IMG/VR virus record: IMGVR_UViG_3300020045_001198
Span: 1 to 40,794 of that record
Length of the DNA stretch: 40,794 nt
Reading direction: 5' to 3' (one strand)
From: a virus
Taxonomy: Duplodnaviria > Caudoviricetes
Part shown: positions 35,354 through 40,794 of the stretch, in pieces
How positions within the stretch are numbered: position 1 is the first letter of the stretch
Layout of the letters: each line of letters begins with the position of its first letter
The notes under the pieces: model-generated
Databases searched by the model: none
Told to the model about the DNA's origin: nothing
Seen by the model: the letters and a program-made list of their open reading frames with translations, nothing else
Position numbers and translations under genes: made by a program

Positions 35354-36001
35354 TTAGAACTCCGTCATTGATGTGAAAGAAACTTCAGGACTTTCAAGAA
35401 TCTCTTCCTTCAGATACGAGAACTTACTGGTAAGAAGTAGCGACGACACACCTGTAAAAACTCCGACTGTGTCCTTGTGGTAATGTAAACGACGAAGTCC
35501 TTCGTTGTCCATGCTTATAGCGAGTTTGTTTGACAATGCGATTACCCCTTCAGGCTTGATAATCCGAAGAACTTCTCGCATATCAGGGAAGTCATTATTT
35601 ACAGCCTGAGAGTAACCTTCATCTTGTACGACGTTACCAAGATCGTAGTCTCGCCAGTACATTTCGAATATAGGAGGTGAGATATTTCCGACCTTGGTAT
35701 TGGTCGTAGTCATGCCGTGTTTCGTAGTTCGTACAGCACCTCGACTGAGGTACAACGCTCTCTTAGCGGAGTAACAATTCGTCCACCCTTTAGGAAGTGT
35801 CTTCCTGAAACGGTGAAAGCCTTTATCATTCAACGGGAGGAACGAATGCTTCTTGGTTGGGTAGATGTTGGCGGCTGCTACAGGACCGTCACGTCCTTCC
35901 TGAACTTCACGGATGTAAACGACAGCCCCGTTGTAAGGGACATAAGACCCAGAGAGTCTATCGTTCGCTTGAGCTAGGTCTTCCCAAAAGAAGTCAGTCA
36001 T
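35354..36001 (-). CDS. Hypothetical protein within the amidoligase cluster
   Basis: TAATG coupling to upstream gene; abuts downstream gene; 215 aa. Confidence 0.8.
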   Translation of the reverse strand: MTDFFWEDLAQANDRLSGSYVPYNGAVVYIREVQEGRDGPVAAANIYPTKKHSFLPLNDKGFHRFRKTLPKGWTNCYSAKRALYLSRGAVRTTKHGMTTTNTKVGNISPPIFEMYWRDYDLGNVVQDEGYSQAVNNDFPDMREVLRIIKPEGVIALSNKLAISMDNEGLRRLHYHKDTVGVFTGVSSLLLTSKFSYLKEEILESPEVSFTSMTEF

Positions 36002-36969
36002 TAGAACGGACCTGGAGTGGCAGTGTTATACGTTGTTGAGAAGGCTGTAGTCATAGAAGCTGCCTTACTCTTCTTCTTGTTCTTTACAGAGACTTCACCT
36101 TCCGGGGTGACACGAAGTTTGTACTCCTTAGAGATGCAGTTCCAGACATTGTCACCAATATAACCACGTTCCCGCAGATAACGAAGCCAGTCGTAAGCAG
36201 TTCCGTAGTCTCCTTCGTTGACAATATCTTGCTGGCTCAGCCGAGTCCACTTAGAGAACAGTTTCTTCAAACTTTCGGAGTGTGTCGTCGCGCTTCTCGT
36301 CAACTCGTAGATGACATACGCCCTCTCACCAGACTTCAACCACACGTTGGAGGGGGTACGGTACTCGACGCCGTAGCTCTTAGGGCGAAATGCTCCCGCC
36401 TTACCGTAAAGTTCTCGACGACGAGGGTCTGTGTCGATGATAGTCATGAACATACCGACTGTGAGGTCCAACGACTGGACGAAATCAGCACAGATTTTGA
36501 CATGTTCGGGATGATCGGCAGGAATACCTGCGTCCCACCCTACGTGGATATGCCCTGCTGCTGTGCGGATATTACCGGTCCTGTCAGGACGGGGATTAGG
36601 AGCGAGGGTGTATGCGTTGTAGTCGGGATCACAACCAAGATCAAGGGCCTTACGGGGAAAGGTAGCCATGTCCTCGTCGGTGTATTCCTGTACCGAAGAC
36701 AGGTTGAATTCAAGTGTAGAATCAACCGTACCAACCTGCCGTTGCAGTTGTCCCATAACCTTCTGGCACCGCTTCCACAACGACGTAGCATTACTCCCAT
36801 CGAGAGGGATAGGGTCGATGTTGAATTCGAGGGCAGTACCATCGACTTGGATAGCCCCTTCATCGACAGGATAAGGATTCCGCTTCGTACCAGGGATGGT
36901 TCCGTGGCCAGAAACGGCCTTGCCAGCCCGAGTGAGAAAGATTTCAGGATCAGCACCAATAGTAAACAT
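36001..36969 (-). CDS. phiEco32-like COOH-NH2 ligase type 2
   Basis: TIGADPE, GTK..P, D...EFN, GCDPD, GHIHVG, RRELYGKAG.FR.K.YGVEYRT.SN. Confidence 0.93.
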   Translation of the reverse strand: MFTIGADPEIFLTRAGKAVSGHGTIPGTKRNPYPVDEGAIQVDGTALEFNIDPIPLDGSNATSLWKRCQKVMGQLQRQVGTVDSTLEFNLSSVQEYTDEDMATFPRKALDLGCDPDYNAYTLAPNPRPDRTGNIRTAAGHIHVGWDAGIPADHPEHVKICADFVQSLDLTVGMFMTIIDTDPRRRELYGKAGAFRPKSYGVEYRTPSNVWLKSGERAYVIYELTRSATTHSESLKKLFSKWTRLSQQDIVNEGDYGTAYDWLRYLRERGYIGDNVWNCISKEYKLRVTPEGEVSVKNKKKSKAASMTTAFSTTYNTATPGPF

Positions 36970-36989
36970 AAAACCTCTTTCTTAGATAG

Positions 36990-37024
36990 TTATTAATATT
37001 AATATATATATATATAAATATATA
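36990..37024. repeat. 35-nt A/T-only tract with a palindrome and TA dinucleotide run
   Basis: TATTAATATTAATA perfect palindrome (36991-37004) followed by (TA)n. Confidence 0.7.
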
Positions 37025-38407
37025 CTACGCTATGGCGGGTACCGTACATGACGTACACACGAACGACGCCGTCGTGTAATCACCGTCCGTTGTAATCATT
37101 TCTGATACATCGGAAAGATCTCCTATCGGAGTATCACACCACGAACAAATTCCGTTTGTAAGTTCTTCGAAACGTTTGAGAGTCATCTCTCGTCCTGTAC
37201 GATTGTCAGTGATAAACTCGATCCCTGCCATCCTCCTCCGGGACACTCCCGACTTGTTCCTTTTCGACCTCCTTCCTATGTCTACGTCGCACCTCGAAAT
37301 CAACCCGTCGCAATCTCTTGAGACATTTCCGCTGCTTCCCGACTGACCATTGGGTAAACTCAAGACGGGGCGGGATACCGTTTCTCGTAAGTAGTTCAGT
37401 CGCTTCCTCAAGACCTCTGCCGAATCCGTACTCAGAAGTGAAGAAGGAGACGAGTCCGTCGTTGAGGAAGTCGAAGGTGTCGACTCTTCCAGATTCTGCG
37501 TAAGTTCCAGCGGGCTTTGGCGGTGTTGGAGGTTGCTTCGGACGAACGGTATATCCGGTTCCAGTAGATCGTCGTCCAGAAAAGGGCTGGCTACCTGCCC
37601 TCCGCCGTGTAGTCGTGTTACGTTACCACCCCCAATGTTCCCACGGACCCCGCCCTGAAAGTTTCCCGCGTAACGTCGGACCTCCCCTTCAACCTTGCGA
37701 GGAGCTTTCAGTGTGAAGATGTCGTTTCCTGTGTTAGCAAAGCCGTCGACTTCATACTTGAACCACATATTCTCTTTCAACGGGTAAGGCCCTGATTCGT
37801 CTAGATCTTTCCCGACACGACGTTCAATTACGGAGAACATCCAAGGTTCAGAAGCCCAGTAGATAGCCTTCGTATCCTTTGAGTGGCAGAACCACAACGG
37901 ACGTTTGTCATTCCGTAGGAAGTTCATCGTCTGATCGTTGCCGTCCCACCATGCAAGAGCCCAAGCACCGTCATTGTCGAGGCCTGTAATAGTCTCCTCG
38001 ACGCCGTACTTGGCCATGTGACTGTAAAGGAACTCTGAATCGGTGTCGTACTCACGACCTCCGTCCATGTTACAATACCCTTGGAGAGTACCGTTATGGA
38101 CTCCCCACAGGTCGTCAGCCTTGAAGGGATGGGCATTCCGAGGGTGATTATCTCCTATCGTCTTCGCTCGAACATGTCCGAGGAGTACCTTCGGCATCCC
38201 ACTTTCAATGTCCTTATCGTAACTCTTCCGGTCGAAGAGAGTATCAGGAAGCCCGACATCCTTCAGGAGGTTGACAGCACCGTCGCACTTCACTCGAAGA
38301 ACACCCGTAGCGTCCTTACCACGAAGTGTAGCTACAGTCATCAAATCCTTGAAGACTGCTTTATGGGTAACATCAAGATTACCCATAACACCTACTATTC
38401 CACACAT
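37025..38407 (-). CDS. Class II (Ntn) glutamine amidotransferase with C-terminal extension and C4 zinc motif
   Basis: MCGIVG, RG.DATG, GHVR.KT, NAHPF, HNGT, TDSE, RN.KRPL, WASE; C-terminal CSWC...CTSC. Confidence 0.92.
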   Translation of the reverse strand: MCGIVGVMGNLDVTHKAVFKDLMTVATLRGKDATGVLRVKCDGAVNLLKDVGLPDTLFDRKSYDKDIESGMPKVLLGHVRAKTIGDNHPRNAHPFKADDLWGVHNGTLQGYCNMDGGREYDTDSEFLYSHMAKYGVEETITGLDNDGAWALAWWDGNDQTMNFLRNDKRPLWFCHSKDTKAIYWASEPWMFSVIERRVGKDLDESGPYPLKENMWFKYEVDGFANTGNDIFTLKAPRKVEGEVRRYAGNFQGGVRGNIGGGNVTRLHGGGQVASPFLDDDLLEPDIPFVRSNLQHRQSPLELTQNLEESTPSTSSTTDSSPSSLLSTDSAEVLRKRLNYLRETVSRPVLSLPNGQSGSSGNVSRDCDGLISRCDVDIGRRSKRNKSGVSRRRMAGIEFITDNRTGREMTLKRFEELTNGICSWCDTPIGDLSDVSEMITTDGDYTTASFVCTSCTVPAIA

Positions 38408-38411
38408 ATTA

Positions 38412-39203
38412 TTACCCCAGTTGAGTCAGAACTTCTTCGACGATTTCTTTATGAGTGGAAGTAGGAGGTTTAACAGCCTCCCAATCCATAACGAAATCAT
38501 GCAATTTCGTCATACACCACGACCGATATTCAGAGTCTCCGACCTCGGGATGCCCTTGAACGAAGAAACACTTCGTATCGGGATAACATCCTGCCTCGAT
38601 CTCAAGCTCGTGTGAGTTCGTACCGAGAGTTGTAGTCGATGTGTCGTCACGGAAGAATCGGCTAACCTGTTCCTCAGTAACAGCAATGAGCGTCATCGTG
38701 TCGTTCATACGAAGCATCTGGTGATGGATGCTTGTAGATAGGACACGCTCGTCAGTCTCAATATCGACGATGTAGTGGTCCTTACCGCCGTGGCCATCTA
38801 CATGTTGCCACAGCTTACCTCCGTTCATCGCGTGAAGGAATTGAGCACCTCGGCAGATGCCGAACATGACCTTACCAAGACGGACACATTTGTGATAGTA
38901 TGTCTCCTCTACGATATCCCGATCAGGATCGAAGTATGTAGTAGGAAGGGCTGTCTCTCCGTACAGTTTCGGGTTGATATCATCGCCTCCTGCGAAGACG
39001 ATGACGTCAGACTCTTCGACTGTCCTACCACGACTGAAACCTGCCTCAGCCATAAGCTGGACGATTGCGCCGTAAAAGGCTCCGGGAAGTACGAAAGCCT
39101 TCATACCTTTGAACGATGGAATGTCCTTACGGACCCAATCCGTCGTGCCTTGGGATACTACAGTCCCCTCCGGGGTAATTCCCGAACTGGCTTTACTTGA
39201 CAT
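38412..39203 (-). CDS. Class I glutamine amidotransferase / gamma-glutamyl hydrolase (peptidase C26-like)
   Basis: GG.DINP..YG, RD..E, GICRGAQ, HHQ, QGHPE catalytic triad motifs. Confidence 0.92.
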   Translation of the reverse strand: MSSKASSGITPEGTVVSQGTTDWVRKDIPSFKGMKAFVLPGAFYGAIVQLMAEAGFSRGRTVEESDVIVFAGGDDINPKLYGETALPTTYFDPDRDIVEETYYHKCVRLGKVMFGICRGAQFLHAMNGGKLWQHVDGHGGKDHYIVDIETDERVLSTSIHHQMLRMNDTMTLIAVTEEQVSRFFRDDTSTTTLGTNSHELEIEAGCYPDTKCFFVQGHPEVGDSEYRSWCMTKLHDFVMDWEAVKPPTSTHKEIVEEVLTQLG

Positions 39204-40146
39204 TAAAATGACCTTTCTCCTTCATGTACGGCAGGACTATGCCGTGTAGTTCTTCATAAGTTGGTTCACTTGTCTTCAAACTCATTCCATTAAGAGGCGG
39301 AAATACTTTAATGAAAGGATTCACGATGCAAGAACCCTCTAGACGAAGTTCTTTCATTCTGCTTTCTGCATAAGAACGGAACTCTGTATCCTTCATTAAC
39401 TCGTGGACGAAAGTGCTGTTACTATACGCAGCACTTTCTAGACAGTACTGACTCCCACCGTGTACGGTGTGATAGTTCCTATATAAGTTTCTATCCTCCC
39501 AGTTTAACCTATGCCCGAAATCTCCAGAGATGAAGTTGAACAACTCTTTCAACAACGAAAAGGTCCCCCATACACGGTGGAAAGGACTCGACTTGACGAG
39601 TCGGAAGTGTTTCGGGTCCAAGGTAGAAGACAACGGAGTGCAAAAAGCGAGATGAAAGGCTACTTCCCCTCCGTACAAGCCCTTCAACCTTGAGAACTCT
39701 TCGAAGGAGAGTTTTGTACACTCCAGAGTATGCCGACTCATTATGCAGATGTTCTGCAACAGCGCAGACGGTATGTCTGAAGAGATAACCCAACCGAAGT
39801 TGGAACACTCTTCGATGTCGTCACTATTTAAGATAAACCGAGAGAAGAAACTCTCTTGAGTAACCCACAGAACAAAGTCAAGGGTGGCTTCTGACAAGTC
39901 CTCCCTATAATTGTTCATCCGGGATAGATCGACGTTCGTAGCTACACATTCGACGTCCTGTAAACCACACAAACCTATCCCGGAATGACAACCGTTTTCT
40001 AGGTATTCATTCATTTCAGTATTCGTGAATACCGCGTAGTTACCTATACACTTAGTGGGACGGGGAAGGTCTCGGAGCCATTTCCTGGCCTTGGCTAAAG
40101 CCTCCGGAGTACACTTCGGCTTGAAAGGAGCTTCTTTGATGTTCAT
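39193..40146 (-). CDS. Hypothetical protein (317 aa)
   Basis: Long ORF overlapping both neighbours in the operon; no motif recognised. Confidence 0.8.
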   Translation of the reverse strand: MNIKEAPFKPKCTPEALAKARKWLRDLPRPTKCIGNYAVFTNTEMNEYLENGCHSGIGLCGLQDVECVATNVDLSRMNNYREDLSEATLDFVLWVTQESFFSRFILNSDDIEECSNFGWVISSDIPSALLQNICIMSRHTLECTKLSFEEFSRLKGLYGGEVAFHLAFCTPLSSTLDPKHFRLVKSSPFHRVWGTFSLLKELFNFISGDFGHRLNWEDRNLYRNYHTVHGGSQYCLESAAYSNSTFVHELMKDTEFRSYAESRMKELRLEGSCIVNPFIKVFPPLNGMSLKTSEPTYEELHGIVLPYMKEKGHFNVK

Positions 40147-40556
40147 CCCGACACCGCCAGCGGCTGAAGATTCACTGAGTCGTGAGTAGGATCAAATACT
40201 TGATAACCATCACCAATTTTCCCTGTGTATTTGTGGTACATCGTACAGAAATTGCCTGAATTTGAATTCAGAAACCGACAAACTTTTCGGAAACCCCTAC
40301 CCTCAATGATTTCACCCCACGATTCAATCTGAGGATCAATCAAGACGATTTCGAACAGATGTTCAAATCCTCTAATCTTTTCTGTGTCGTCGAAGTATTT
40401 GTTGAAATGATTAAAGTCTGCGTCAGTCACTGGGAAAGGAACTAGAGACGTCTCTTCATCAGAATCATAGTCCTCTTCATTCTCAACCTCTTCGTATCCT
40501 TTCATGTGAGATACGACGGTTATGCCGCAGCAGTTAACGTGTGGTACGAAGTCCAT
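40143..40556 (-). CDS. Unknown 'CCG...NxNSGN' family protein, paralog 3
   Basis: HVNCCGITV, LIDPQ...W......GF...RFLNSNSGN; GGGGTG SD. Confidence 0.8.
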   Translation of the reverse strand: MDFVPHVNCCGITVVSHMKGYEEVENEEDYDSDEETSLVPFPVTDADFNHFNKYFDDTEKIRGFEHLFEIVLIDPQIESWGEIIEGRGFRKVCRFLNSNSGNFCTMYHKYTGKIGDGYQVFDPTHDSVNLQPLAVSG

Positions 40557-40582
40557 AATTCACCCCATCATAGGAGGCTGAT

Positions 40583-40794
40583 ATGCCCGATCTTAAGAAG
40601 GCTTACGTCTTTGGACGTGAACGGAGAAACCCTTCCGGGTTGACTGTCACCCTTGGAAACAATCTTGCTCAAGGTCTTTATGCAGGAACTGTTACGGGAG
40701 GTTCACAACCTCAAAACACAATTCTTGTTGATCTTTTCGACGAGTGGAGATATCACTGCGACTGTCCTGACTTCCAGTTCACGTTCTGGCCCAA
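40583..40794 (+). CDS. Partial SWIM-type zinc-finger protein (runs off the window end); not in ORF track
   Basis: AGGAGG SD, ATG, open to the edge: MPDLKKAYVF...YHCDCPDFQFTFWP. Confidence 0.65.
   Translation, partial: MPDLKKAYVFGRERRNPSGLTVTLGNNLAQGLYAGTVTGGSQPQNTILVDLFDEWRYHCDCPDFQFTFWP

Noticed and set aside
36229-36996. 255-aa + strand ORF opposite the COOH-NH2 ligase
   Set aside because: Antisense shadow of a well-supported gene; no motifs recognised.
37025-38407. glmS annotation
   Set aside because: Only the Ntn glutaminase domain is present; no sugar isomerase domains.
1-40794. Apparent abundance of CGTACG and TCTAGA hexamers
   Set aside because: Impression only; needs a Markov-corrected k-mer count that I cannot run, and may reflect codon usage.
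1-40794. tRNA genes, integrase/att sites, introns or inteins
   Set aside because: No cloverleaf, recombinase motif or interruption of TerL, PolA, RNR or helicase was seen by eye; dedicated scans were not run.

Overview
This is most of a dsDNA podophage genome. It looks lytic (no integrase or repressor seen), has no phage RNA polymerase in the window, and has a probable alphaproteobacterial host (inference). The left arm (+ strand, 641-20263) is a P22-like virion module: TerS, TerL, portal, scaffold, coat, gp4-like adaptor, a gp10-like hub split over two genes, tail/receptor proteins, ejection proteins and holin candidates. The right arm (- strand, 20244-40556) carries endolysin, spanins and a small secreted HExxH protein, class II RNR, nucleotide-pool enzymes, Endo VII, Cas4-like nuclease, SSB, PolA and a T7-type primase-helicase. 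It ends in a phiEco32/LUZ24-type amide-ligase cluster (ATP-grasp, two COOH-NH2 ligases, class II and class I GATases) bracketed by three paralogous unknown 'CCG...GF...NxNSGN' proteins. Four near-consensus sigma70 promoters are visible. The most striking unexplained element is a ~335-nt leftward transcription unit at 162-532. It has its own promoter and terminator, hairpins whose G-U pairs work only on the minus strand, and a 16-nt perfect complement of the 16S rRNA 3' end next to an 8-codon mini-ORF. I read several small genes missing from the ORF track directly from the sequence (embedded o-spanin, ATT-start zinc finger, partial SWIM protein). Family assignments come from motif recognition, not database searches.
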